From Planctomicrobium piriforme (lineage in GTDB: Bacteria > Planctomycetota > Planctomycetia > Pirellulales > UBA1268): a stretch of DNA of 64,000 bases. Below are positions 46,287 to 55,249 of this stretch, one piece after another (position 1 is the stretch's first letter; each line of letters begins with the position of its first letter). A program made the translations under genes and the position numbers. The stretch is taken from NCBI GenBank assembly GCA_945871035.1, contig CAMBUD010000007.1:1530-65529 (forward strand), written 5' to 3'. A model generated the notes under the pieces. The model was not told the origin of the DNA. It was given only the letters and a program-made list of their open reading frames with translations, and did no database searches.

Positions 46287-47084
46287 TCATCGTCTTTTGA
46301 TCCATGCTTTGTCGCGAAATCGTGCAGCAGCCACTGCTATTTCCTGCCCGTGAGTTTGTGCAAATGATCCAGAATTCTGCACAAGTGTTGCCTGAATATT
46401 TTCAGCCACTCGCTCCAGCCATCGATGCGAGAGCACCGTACAATCGATCCAATCGGGAGATTCCCCGAGCAGATCGGTGACGCCGATATGCCTTGCTAGG
46501 CTGGGTGTGTCAGGGTTACGTCGCAGCAGTAAACTGCCGTGCTGCAGAACCGTCTGTTCGAGCCTTCGCTGACTACTGCCCATGAGTTTAAACGAGGTTG
46601 GATGGCTACTCGTGACTACGTCTCCAACAGCACGCCGATCAAAGCAGAAGAAGGATTCTTCAGGCCGGCTAAAATGATTGTCCTCTTCAAGGCGGTGCAT
46701 CGCCGCAGCTACCCCATACTCGCAGAGCACATCGACCATAGCTTTGTGCAAAACGTCGTAGAACAACTGCGGCTTGCTGCCTAGGATATGTTTTTTCGGA
46801 ACGGATGCGGCATAGGTCAGATCACTGCCGTGGACAATTGCACCGCCGCCACTGGGGCGCCGCACGATTGGCACACCGTGCAAAGCTTGAAAACCGACCA
46901 AGTCCTCATGCTTTTGAAAAGCACCAATGGAAACAGTCGTTTCTGTCCAGCCATAAACTCGCACGAGAAACTCGTTGCACCGCTGCGAGTGAATCGCTAG
47001 GCACTCATCGGCCGACATATTGAGGGCGCCATCTGCATCACCGTCCCACCAGACTATCAGCCTGCTCACGGCACTGCCGACCAA
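46287..47084 (-). CDS. Lipoate-protein ligase / octanoyltransferase family protein (BPL/LPL catalytic domain)
   Basis: VRRPSGGGAIVHG and KLMGSSQRRLEQTVLQHGSLLL. It overlaps the gcvPB 3' end by 19 nt. Confidence 0.75.
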   Translation of the reverse strand: MVGSAVSRLIVWWDGDADGALNMSADECLAIHSQRCNEFLVRVYGWTETTVSIGAFQKHEDLVGFQALHGVPIVRRPSGGGAIVHGSDLTYAASVPKKHILGSKPQLFYDVLHKAMVDVLCEYGVAAAMHRLEEDNHFSRPEESFFCFDRRAVGDVVTSSHPTSFKLMGSSQRRLEQTVLQHGSLLLRRNPDTPSLARHIGVTDLLGESPDWIDCTVLSHRWLERVAENIQATLVQNSGSFAQTHGQEIAVAAARFRDKAWIKRR

Positions 47085-48523
47085 GCTAGATGCTGATTTT
47101 TTGCTGCCTGGACCTCGTCGGGCCGGTTGATCGTGCCAGTATGCGGCGCCGATTGCACAAGCTCGGACGGTTCGCCAATGATCGTGCGCAGTGCATCGAC
47201 AAAAGCATCGAGGGTTTCGCGGCTCTCAGTTTCAGTCGGCTCAATCATCACCGCCTCCCTGACAGTCATTGGAAAATAAACGGTTGGGGCATGAAATCCA
47301 TAATCGAGCAACCGCTTTGCCAAATCCATCGCCGAGACCCCGCATCGCGCCTTAATACCGTGCGCCGATCCAACGAATTCGTGAAGACAACCTTCCGCGT
47401 AAGGTACAGGCAACACGTCTCGCAGAAGCGCTAGCAAGTAGTTGGCATTGAGGACGGCATACCGGGACACATCGGCCAAACCAGACGGACCGAGCGTACG
47501 AATGTATGCGTAGGCCCGCAGCAATACGCCGACGTTTCCAAAAAAACTACGCACACGCCCGATCGACTTTGGTTGGTTCCAATCCAGAGCAAAACGATCC
47601 CCATGCCGCACCACGCGCGGTGTCGGCAAAAACGGTTCGAGCATTTTACGCACAGCGATTGGACCCGCGCCTGGTCCCCCGCCGCCATGCGGTCCACTAA
47701 AGGTTTTGTGCGGATTGTAATGCATCATGTCGGCACCAAAGTCGCCGGGGCGAGATGCCCCCAGAATGGCATTCATATTTGCGCCATCGAGATACATCAG
47801 GCCGCCAGCGTCGTGCACCAACTTGGCGATCTCACTGATGTTGCGTTCAAAAAGGCCCAATGTATTGGGATTAGTAATCATCAACACAGCTGTTTGAGCG
47901 TTTAGCTTTGTCCGCAAATCGGCCATATCGACCATCCCCTCGGCATCGCTTTCAATGCCAATTGCATTAAATCCAGCCATCGCAGCACTAGCCGGATTTG
48001 TGCCGTGAGCACTCGTGGGCACAAGAACATTTGTCCGCACCTCGCCACGATCCCGGAAGTAGGCTGCCGCAACCAAGAGCGCAGTCAATTCGCCCTGAGC
48101 CCCGGCAGCGGGCTGCAAGGAGATGGCATCGAGCCCAGCAATCTCAGCGAATATGCCCTGCAGATTCCAAAGCATTTCGAGCATGCCCTGCAGGCTGGAT
48201 TCCGGCTGATAGGGATGAAGATCCAGCATTCCGGCTAGTCCGGCCAATCGCTCATTTCGCTTTGGATTGTATTTCATTGTGCATGAGCCAAGCGGATAAA
48301 AATGAGAGTCGACAGACATGTTAAGCGTGGAAAGATTTGTGTAATGGCGCACGATGTCGAGTTCTGATAATTCAGGCAGTGGCGGTGGCGCAGCCGCTCT
48401 GGAGTGCGCAGGAATCGCTACGCAGTGATCCACAGCCGGCACATCGAGTGGCTGTAAACGAACGGCACGCCTACCAGGACGAGAGAGTTCAGAGAGCAGT
48501 TTGATGGATTGAGTGTTGCGCAT
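47066..48523 (-). CDS. gcvPB: Glycine dehydrogenase (decarboxylating) subunit 2
   Basis: LSELSRPGRRAV and HYNPHKTFSGPHGGGGPGAGPI (PLP-Lys). ATG 48523 was chosen; the track ORF extends to 48577. Confidence 0.9.
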   Translation of the reverse strand: MRNTQSIKLLSELSRPGRRAVRLQPLDVPAVDHCVAIPAHSRAAAPPPLPELSELDIVRHYTNLSTLNMSVDSHFYPLGSCTMKYNPKRNERLAGLAGMLDLHPYQPESSLQGMLEMLWNLQGIFAEIAGLDAISLQPAAGAQGELTALLVAAAYFRDRGEVRTNVLVPTSAHGTNPASAAMAGFNAIGIESDAEGMVDMADLRTKLNAQTAVLMITNPNTLGLFERNISEIAKLVHDAGGLMYLDGANMNAILGASRPGDFGADMMHYNPHKTFSGPHGGGGPGAGPIAVRKMLEPFLPTPRVVRHGDRFALDWNQPKSIGRVRSFFGNVGVLLRAYAYIRTLGPSGLADVSRYAVLNANYLLALLRDVLPVPYAEGCLHEFVGSAHGIKARCGVSAMDLAKRLLDYGFHAPTVYFPMTVREAVMIEPTETESRETLDAFVDALRTIIGEPSELVQSAPHTGTINRPDEVQAAKNQHLAWSAVP

Positions 48524-49898
48524 GATTGGAGGTCGTAAGGGTAGAGGAAATAGAATGAATCGCTTCAGCCAAACCATCGATTTCTGCGCGGGTGCGCTTT
48601 TCGGTGACGGCTACTAGCAGGCAGTCATCGAGTTCTGGGTACCAACGGCCAAGCGGCACACCCGCCAGATAGCCTGCGGACAGCAGTTCGGCAACCAGCG
48701 CATCGGGACCGCCATGCGCATCACGGATCACAAATTCCTTAAAAAATGGCTGATCGAAGGCCGCTGACAGCCTGTTGCTTGTCAGCAAGCGCTGGCGAGC
48801 ATAAGTGGCTTTTGCCAAACACGCCGTAGCAACTTCGAACAGTCCCTGAGGCCCCAGTGCCGCAAGATGAATGCTCGAACGCAGCGCTAACAACCCTTGA
48901 TTTGTACACACATTACTCGTGGCTTTCTCGCGACGGATGTGTTGCTCTCGAGTTTGCAGCGTCAACACCCAGCAGCGATTTCCACGTCGATCTTGCGTCT
49001 GGCCGGTGAGCCGACCGGGCATGCGTCTCACAAAAGACTCCCGACACGCCAGAATTCCCAAGTAGGGACCGCCGTAAGCCAAGTAGTTGCCTAACCCCTG
49101 ACCCTCAGCCACCACAATATCAACACCACAATCGCCTGGCCGCTTCAGCACACCAAGGCTTACCGGATCAACAGCAGCAACTACCAGGGCACCCACCGAG
49201 TGCGCCACTGCTGTGAGCGCTTCAATCTGCTCGATGCAACCGAAGAAATTGGGCTGCTGCAAAAGCACGCAGGCCGTGGAGTCGTCGATGGCCTCGGCTA
49301 ACTCAGCAGTGCTCAGCACACCACCCCGAGCCTGAACCGTAACCGTTTCCACGCCTAGGTTAGCCAAATAGGTTTCGATGACCTGTCGGTATTCAGGATG
49401 GGCGGTCGATGAGAGTAGAACTTTTTTTCGTGGCGTTACCGAGAGCGCCATAAGCACCGCTTCGGCTGCCGCCGATCCGCCGTCATAGAGGCTCATATTT
49501 GAGATGTCCATGCCAGTCAAAGTGGAAATCAATGATTGGTATTCGAAATACACTTGCAAGTTGCCCTGACTCGCCTCTGCCTGATAGGGCGTGTAGGACG
49601 TGTAGAATTCGCCGCGCGATGAAAGTTGATCGACGACGGCCGGTACAAAGTGGTCGTACGCACCACCACCTAAAAAACAGACTGCCGACGCCGGAGATGC
49701 GTTGCGGCCAGCCAGCTCTCGCATGTGGGCTTCCAGCGCCATCTCATCAAGCGCCGCAGGAATTTCTAGCGGTCGCTGCAGCCGACAGGCGGCTGGTATG
49801 CCCGAAAAGAGTGCTTCCATGTCGCCGGGCCCACCCGACGAACGAATAGCCTCAAACATGACGCGTACGTCATCAGCAGTATGCGGGATGTAACTCAT
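48489..49898 (-). CDS. gcvPA: Glycine dehydrogenase (decarboxylating) subunit 1
   Basis: MSYIPHTADDVRVMFEAI and FLGGGAYDHFVPAVVDQL...TSYTPYQAEASQG. Confidence 0.9.
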   Translation of the reverse strand: MSYIPHTADDVRVMFEAIRSSGGPGDMEALFSGIPAACRLQRPLEIPAALDEMALEAHMRELAGRNASPASAVCFLGGGAYDHFVPAVVDQLSSRGEFYTSYTPYQAEASQGNLQVYFEYQSLISTLTGMDISNMSLYDGGSAAAEAVLMALSVTPRKKVLLSSTAHPEYRQVIETYLANLGVETVTVQARGGVLSTAELAEAIDDSTACVLLQQPNFFGCIEQIEALTAVAHSVGALVVAAVDPVSLGVLKRPGDCGVDIVVAEGQGLGNYLAYGGPYLGILACRESFVRRMPGRLTGQTQDRRGNRCWVLTLQTREQHIRREKATSNVCTNQGLLALRSSIHLAALGPQGLFEVATACLAKATYARQRLLTSNRLSAAFDQPFFKEFVIRDAHGGPDALVAELLSAGYLAGVPLGRWYPELDDCLLVAVTEKRTRAEIDGLAEAIHSISSTLTTSNHAQHSIHQTAL

Positions 49899-49960
49899 GG
49901 GAATGTTTCAACAACGATGGGAGGGGAAATTTATACGTCAATAGACTGCGAATGAATTCT

Positions 49961-50359
49961 TTAGTGAGGCTGACTGAGCACCAGAGCATCGTAGGCCGAT
50001 TGGTCGAGCAGGGCAGTGAGCTCCTGTGGATTTTCGGGGCGAATTTGAACGATCCAGCCCGCACCGTAGGGATCCTTGCCGAGTGTTTCGAGACAGCTAG
50101 GCAATGCGGCGTTGACTTCAACAATCTCTCCTGATACGGGAGCGTACAAGTCGCTGACTGCCTTGACGCTTTCTATTTCGCCAAAAGCCTCACCAGCTTT
50201 TACCTTTCTGCCAACGGCCGGCAGTTGCATGAAAACCAGATCCGTGAGTGCTTCCACTGCATAAGAAGAAATACCCACAGTCACCACTCCCGTTGGTTCG
50301 GAACGAACCCACTCGTGCGTCTTTGCAAACTTCATTTCAGCTGCCATTGAACTCTCCAT
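49961..50359 (-). CDS. gcvH: Glycine cleavage system H protein
   Basis: KFAKTHEWV and the lipoyl-Lys motif GEIESVKAVSDLYAPVSGEIVEVN. The start could be 50335. Confidence 0.9.
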   Translation of the reverse strand: MESSMAAEMKFAKTHEWVRSEPTGVVTVGISSYAVEALTDLVFMQLPAVGRKVKAGEAFGEIESVKAVSDLYAPVSGEIVEVNAALPSCLETLGKDPYGAGWIVQIRPENPQELTALLDQSAYDALVLSQPH

Positions 50360-50402
50360 TTTTCCTCAAACGGTGGTCACTTCAAACGATACTTTATCTG
50401 CT

Positions 50403-51590
50403 TTATCCTATTTTCGGGCGACGGTAGAAGGGGAGAGCAACAACGCGAGCGACGTGCCGTGCATCGCGAACAAGTACGTCGAGAGACATACCGGGAATTC
50501 CCACATTGCGATCCACCATCGCCATTGCCACAGCCCGCCCGAGCGACGGAGCAAAACTTCCGCTGGTAACAACGCCTACGAGCTGCTGCTGCCGATAGAC
50601 GGCATCACCTTCACGAGCACTCCGCTTTGAATCGAATTCAAGCCCCACGCGAATCCGGCCAGTAGACTGCGCCCGCAGAGCAGCAAACCGATCCGCTCCC
50701 GGAAAACTTCTACCCTCGAGGGTGACAGCCAAGCCCAGGCCGACGGCAAATGGATCGCTATCTTCTCGCAGTTCATGACCGTAAAGCGGCATGCCTGCCT
50801 CCAGTCGCAGCGTATCGCGGGCGCCGAGTCCACAGGCCAGTAGACCAAGCGGGGTTCCGGCAGAGTGTATTGCTTCCCACACATGCACGGCCACATCGGC
50901 GGCCACTACGATTTCGAGGCCATCTTCACCGGTATAACCGGTGCGGCTCACGGCTGCAGACTGATCGGCCACACAGGCAGGAGTAGCGCGGTAATGATGC
51001 AACTGACCAATCCGCTCTGCATCTTCAGCCGAACATAAACTACAAATAATTTTTAAGGCTAGCGGCCCCTGTACGGCAATCATTGCTGTGTCCAACGTAC
51101 GGTCGACGAGTGTCACGCTTTTTTTTGTGGGCGGCTCGTGTGAGTCGGGTAAATGTTTTGTGAGCCAAGCAACTACTCGCTGACGATTACTGGCGTTCAC
51201 AACTAGCCCCATGCGTGGCGAACCTGCAGGCACACCACCGCCCCCCGACGCATCGCTCTCGCGTGAGACAATGGCGTCGTCCAACAGTTGAACACCAGCC
51301 ATAACATCATCGCTACTGACAATCAATGAATACCGCGACTGCCCAACCTCAATGCCGACAACACGACGCGTGAGCAGCGACTCTAACCAGTCGAGAGACT
51401 GCGGACCACCAATCGACAACCGTCCCATGTGTGACACATCGAACAGCCCAGCGGCATGACGCGTCGCCAAATGTTCCTCCACAATCGATGCATATTGCAC
51501 CGGCATCTTCCAGCCAGCAAAATCGACCATTCGCCCACGGTGCGACTCATGCCAACCGCAGAGAGGTGTTTCAAAAAGATTGGGCGTCAC
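50403..51590 (-). CDS. gcvT: Aminomethyltransferase (glycine cleavage T protein)
   Basis: TPLCGWHESHRGRMVDFAGWKMPVQY, DVSHMGRL and TGYTGEDGLEI. Confidence 0.9.
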   Translation of the reverse strand: MTPNLFETPLCGWHESHRGRMVDFAGWKMPVQYASIVEEHLATRHAAGLFDVSHMGRLSIGGPQSLDWLESLLTRRVVGIEVGQSRYSLIVSSDDVMAGVQLLDDAIVSRESDASGGGGVPAGSPRMGLVVNASNRQRVVAWLTKHLPDSHEPPTKKSVTLVDRTLDTAMIAVQGPLALKIICSLCSAEDAERIGQLHHYRATPACVADQSAAVSRTGYTGEDGLEIVVAADVAVHVWEAIHSAGTPLGLLACGLGARDTLRLEAGMPLYGHELREDSDPFAVGLGLAVTLEGRSFPGADRFAALRAQSTGRIRVGLEFDSKRSAREGDAVYRQQQLVGVVTSGSFAPSLGRAVAMAMVDRNVGIPGMSLDVLVRDARHVARVVALPFYRRPKIG

Positions 51591-51881
51591 GGTGAGTTGC
51601 GAAAGGGTGTGCGGAGTTCAGGTCGGTACATCTACTGACAACGAGCGGCGACTTTCTCGCATGCTCAACAAAAACCTCGATCATCGGCAGGCTGAACGAG
51701 CACGCGGTTCCGAACCTTTTCCAAGCAGCGTTCGTGATCGTGTCGCCTGCGCATGGCACCGAGGATCGACACTATAGCGGAGTCCGCAAAATTCTACACA
51801 TGGCACGGATCGACGATATATTTCGGCATATTCATCACAGCGCCCTTGGAAACAGTAGCACTGTGCGAACCGATGTGGGGC

Positions 51882-54008
51882 CTATTTTTTTCGCCGTTTC
51901 ATCTTTTTTGCGGGCCGTTCAATCAGTGGCGGCCGCACAGAACGCTGTCGAACTGCCCGCGGAATCGCAGCGACCAGACGAAAATCAAGCGTCCGACGAT
52001 CGAGGTCTACGCGAGAGACTGCAACGCTCACGCGATCGCCTAATCGGAAAGAATGACCGGGCCTGCGTCCACAGAGCGTGTGGCTGGCGCGGTCGTAGCG
52101 GTAAATATCGGTTGGCAAGGCGTTGAGTGACACCAGTCCCTCGGCCGGCAGTTTGAGGCCTTGTACAAAAAGCCCAAACGCTTCAACACCGGTCACCACG
52201 GCGTCCATTTCATTGCCGATTCGCGAACTCATGAAAATCAATAGCTTTAGTTTGATGAGTTCCCGCTCTGCGGATTCGGCCCGCCGCTCAAGCACCGAAC
52301 ACTCGGCCCCCAGTTCGATCAATCCATCACTCGCGACCCTACGGCCAAGCGCGAGTGCGGCGAGCGCTCGGTGCACGCTGAGATCGGGGTACCGGCGGAT
52401 CGGCGATGTGAAGTGGCAGTAGCAAGAACTGGCTAACGCAAAGTGGCCGTCATCCTGCGGGCCGTATACGGCCCGCGTGAGGCTGCGCAGCACCGCATAA
52501 TGCACGGCATGTTCCTCAGGTCGCCCACGCGTCAGCTTCAGCAACCGCTGCAATTCAAACCGACTTTCCAACGTATCGACCTCAAAGCCGAGCTCGGAGA
52601 CAAATTCGGTTAGCTGTCGTAATTTTCTTAGATCTGGGGCTGGGTGAATTCGTCGCAGAAATCCTGCCCCAGCTGCTGCAAGTGTTGAGGCCACAGCCTC
52701 ATTAGCAGAGAGCATGTACTCTTCGATAATCTTGTGGCTTTCGGTATTTTCCACAACGTGCGCACCCTCCACGCGACCGTCGCGGTCAAGATCGATTTTG
52801 ACATCGGGCATCGTGAGTTCAAGCGCTCCACGCGCCGCACGGCGGGCACGCAAGATTCGCGAAAGATCACGCATGCGACCCAGCAGCGCACGCACCTCGG
52901 AAGTCATCTCGACGGTAGTGGTGTCAGGGTCGGCCAGAAACAGATCGACTTCCTCGTATGTAAATCGCCTGTTGCTTTTGATCGCTGAGGACTCAACCGA
53001 AGAATGCACCGGGATGCCTGTGGGTGAAAACTCGATCCAGCAGGTACGTGCATAGCGGACGCGACCCGGCTGAAGGCTGGCCAGATTGTTTGACACAATC
53101 TCCGGAAGCATGGGAATCACTCGGTCGGGCAGATACACGCTCGTTCCGCGGGCTAACGCCTCTTGGTCAAGAGGTGAGCCCTCCGGAACAAAATGAGACA
53201 CATCGGCAATGTGCACGCCGAGTAGCCAGTGATCACGCTCGATGAGTTCCAGCGAGATTGCATCGTCAAAATCACGGGCGTCGATGGGATCGATCGTTAC
53301 AATCACACGACTGGTGAGATCGCGCCGGCCAATCGGCACGTTTTCCTCAAAGCGATCGGCCTGCCGTCGTGCATCGGCGAGCACTTCCTCCGAAAAAGGT
53401 CCGGGCAAATTAAATTCATGAATCACCGTCTGCGTATCGACGCCCGGTTCACCGGAACGGCCAAGCACTTCCAGCAGCACGCCTTCGCCATCGCGCACAT
53501 GGGTTGGAAAACGCAGTAAATCGACCACCACCTTGTCCTGCTCGCGAACCCCCTTGGCCCCCGGATCACCGACTAAAATAGGCCTTGCAAAATTGGTGCC
53601 ATCAATCCGTACCCAACCAACACCAGCCGCCCTGAAGAACGTGCCGACAAACCGTGTCGTACGCCGTTTAAGAATCTCAACAATTTCCCCTGATGGTCCC
53701 AGTCGACGCACATCGCTGGCCCGCGAAATACGCACGCGCACCGTATCGCCTGTTGCAGCGTCCAGCGCTACTGGTGCGCCAATATGAATATCACCCGAGC
53801 GGTCACCGGCAGTCGCATCCAGAGGCCTCACAAAACCGTAGCCGCCTGCGGCGCGGCGGAAGATCCCAATGACACCACTCTTGCTTGCATGCGTGCCGCT
53901 TGTGCCAGTCTTTTTTAGTTGCGCAGATTCAACAGTACGACTTCGGGTCTTGGCGACCAGCGGCTCGCGGGGGGGACTCTTTTTGTGAGCGCTCTTTTTA
54001 CGAGCCAT
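51882..54008 (-). CDS. rnr: Ribonuclease R
   Basis: RNB motif DPIDARDFDDAISL, an N-terminal OB/cold-shock region, a C-terminal S1 domain and a Lys/Arg tail. ATG 54008 (MARKKSAHKK) was chosen; the track ORF extends to 54179. Confidence 0.9.
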   Translation of the reverse strand: MARKKSAHKKSPPREPLVAKTRSRTVESAQLKKTGTSGTHASKSGVIGIFRRAAGGYGFVRPLDATAGDRSGDIHIGAPVALDAATGDTVRVRISRASDVRRLGPSGEIVEILKRRTTRFVGTFFRAAGVGWVRIDGTNFARPILVGDPGAKGVREQDKVVVDLLRFPTHVRDGEGVLLEVLGRSGEPGVDTQTVIHEFNLPGPFSEEVLADARRQADRFEENVPIGRRDLTSRVIVTIDPIDARDFDDAISLELIERDHWLLGVHIADVSHFVPEGSPLDQEALARGTSVYLPDRVIPMLPEIVSNNLASLQPGRVRYARTCWIEFSPTGIPVHSSVESSAIKSNRRFTYEEVDLFLADPDTTTVEMTSEVRALLGRMRDLSRILRARRAARGALELTMPDVKIDLDRDGRVEGAHVVENTESHKIIEEYMLSANEAVASTLAAAGAGFLRRIHPAPDLRKLRQLTEFVSELGFEVDTLESRFELQRLLKLTRGRPEEHAVHYAVLRSLTRAVYGPQDDGHFALASSCYCHFTSPIRRYPDLSVHRALAALALGRRVASDGLIELGAECSVLERRAESAERELIKLKLLIFMSSRIGNEMDAVVTGVEAFGLFVQGLKLPAEGLVSLNALPTDIYRYDRASHTLCGRRPGHSFRLGDRVSVAVSRVDLDRRTLDFRLVAAIPRAVRQRSVRPPLIERPAKKMKRRKK

Positions 54009-54030
54009 GAAATGCGCCTTGTCTTTTCTG

Positions 54031-55158
54031 TCAACCGCGTCCACGGAAGAACTTACGACCCAGATTTGCCTGATACTGAGTCCAGCCGCCTTCGATTGCG
54101 GCCTCATTCTGGATGATTTGTATCGCACCGGCCATGCGGGCATCGAGATTATCAAGGTGGTGCAATGCGAGCGCCTCAAGCGTCATCGGCAGCTTAGGGG
54201 CTCCAAATTCATACTGCCCATGATGGCTGGCAATCATGTGTTTGATGCGAATAGCCAACTCGTGATCGAATGGTTGTCCGGTGCGGCTTTGGACCGCATC
54301 AATTTTATCCTCTAACAATTCCAAGCCCAGCAACACATGCCCGAGAAGCTGGCCTGCATCGGTGTACGAAAATCCTTTTTGGCTCTCCAACTCGACCGTC
54401 TTTCCGATATCGTGAAAAAGCACGCCTACCAGCAGTAGATCGCGGTCGAGCGCGGGGTACAGCGGTGCTATGCGATCCGCCAAGCGCAGCAAATTGACAA
54501 CGTGCTCAAGCAGACCACCGGCATAGGCATGGTGCTGCTTCACGCCGGCTGGACTGCGCAGAAAAGCATCGACTAGATCGGTATCGGCCAGAACCTCATC
54601 GACCAGATATTTGAGTTGCTCGCGACGAATGGTGCCTAAGATGGTAGCCAGTTCCTTGGCGAGTTCTTCCACTGCAGTCGTCGACAGCACGCGAAAATCC
54701 GCCTCGTTGATTGTGCGCGGATCAACACGACCAATCGCGGTTATGATCAATTGCAGCGAACCTAAGTAGAGTTGTGTTGCTCCCTCGATACAAACGTAGT
54801 CCCCGTCATCGAATGCCCCGTACTCGTCATCAGATGCATTCCACATCCGACCAGTAATGGAGCCGCTCCGATCGGCTAATTCCACCTGCAAATACAACTG
54901 TCCGTTGCGATTGGGCCGCAGCTGTTTGTGGGTGGCAAGAAAGACCTGGTCAACCGCGGCTTGGGCTCCTAGCTCTGTGACAAATCGCCTGGACACAGAC
55001 CCCTTGGAGCCGGCTCCGCGCCGTGGCGAGAATACGTCGTCGCGGTGTTGCGATTCATGGTCCGGTTGGCGGGTGTTGGACATAAGCGGACTCCAAGCAA
55101 AGCTGCGGGGTGGTTCAGACGCGAACACAGAAGGGGTATGTTCGTGGGCACGAAACAA
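54031..55158 (-). CDS. OB-fold + HD-domain 3'-5' exoribonuclease, YhaM-like
   Basis: OB fold (LYLQVELADRSGSITGRMWNA) and HD motifs HHAYAGGLLEHV, LFHDIGK and HHGQYEFG. The start is uncertain (55158 or 55083). Confidence 0.7.
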   Translation of the reverse strand: MFRAHEHTPSVFASEPPRSFAWSPLMSNTRQPDHESQHRDDVFSPRRGAGSKGSVSRRFVTELGAQAAVDQVFLATHKQLRPNRNGQLYLQVELADRSGSITGRMWNASDDEYGAFDDGDYVCIEGATQLYLGSLQLIITAIGRVDPRTINEADFRVLSTTAVEELAKELATILGTIRREQLKYLVDEVLADTDLVDAFLRSPAGVKQHHAYAGGLLEHVVNLLRLADRIAPLYPALDRDLLLVGVLFHDIGKTVELESQKGFSYTDAGQLLGHVLLGLELLEDKIDAVQSRTGQPFDHELAIRIKHMIASHHGQYEFGAPKLPMTLEALALHHLDNLDARMAGAIQIIQNEAAIEGGWTQYQANLGRKFFRGRG

Positions 55159-55249
55159 TAATAGTGTATGGAGTCGTCACCAACTCACAAGCAGCGACTC
55201 CAATCCTCCCCGCTTCCACAAACCTCGACCCAACTCATCGGAGACCATC

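Noticed and set aside
51591-51881. Expected glycine riboswitch upstream of gcvT.
   Set aside because: Reading the minus strand, I could not find the conserved GGAGAG / ACCGAAGGGGCAA / CUCAGGCAAAAGGAC cores, only weak partial resemblance. It is not called as a feature and should be tested with a covariance model.
54857-55249. A 393-nt upstream extension of the proS ORF (track ORF 54857-56755).
   Set aside because: The extension overlaps the divergent YhaM-like gene and has no ProRS similarity. The conserved N-terminus (YPEWYQQVIRAADLAE) begins right after the ATG at 55250.
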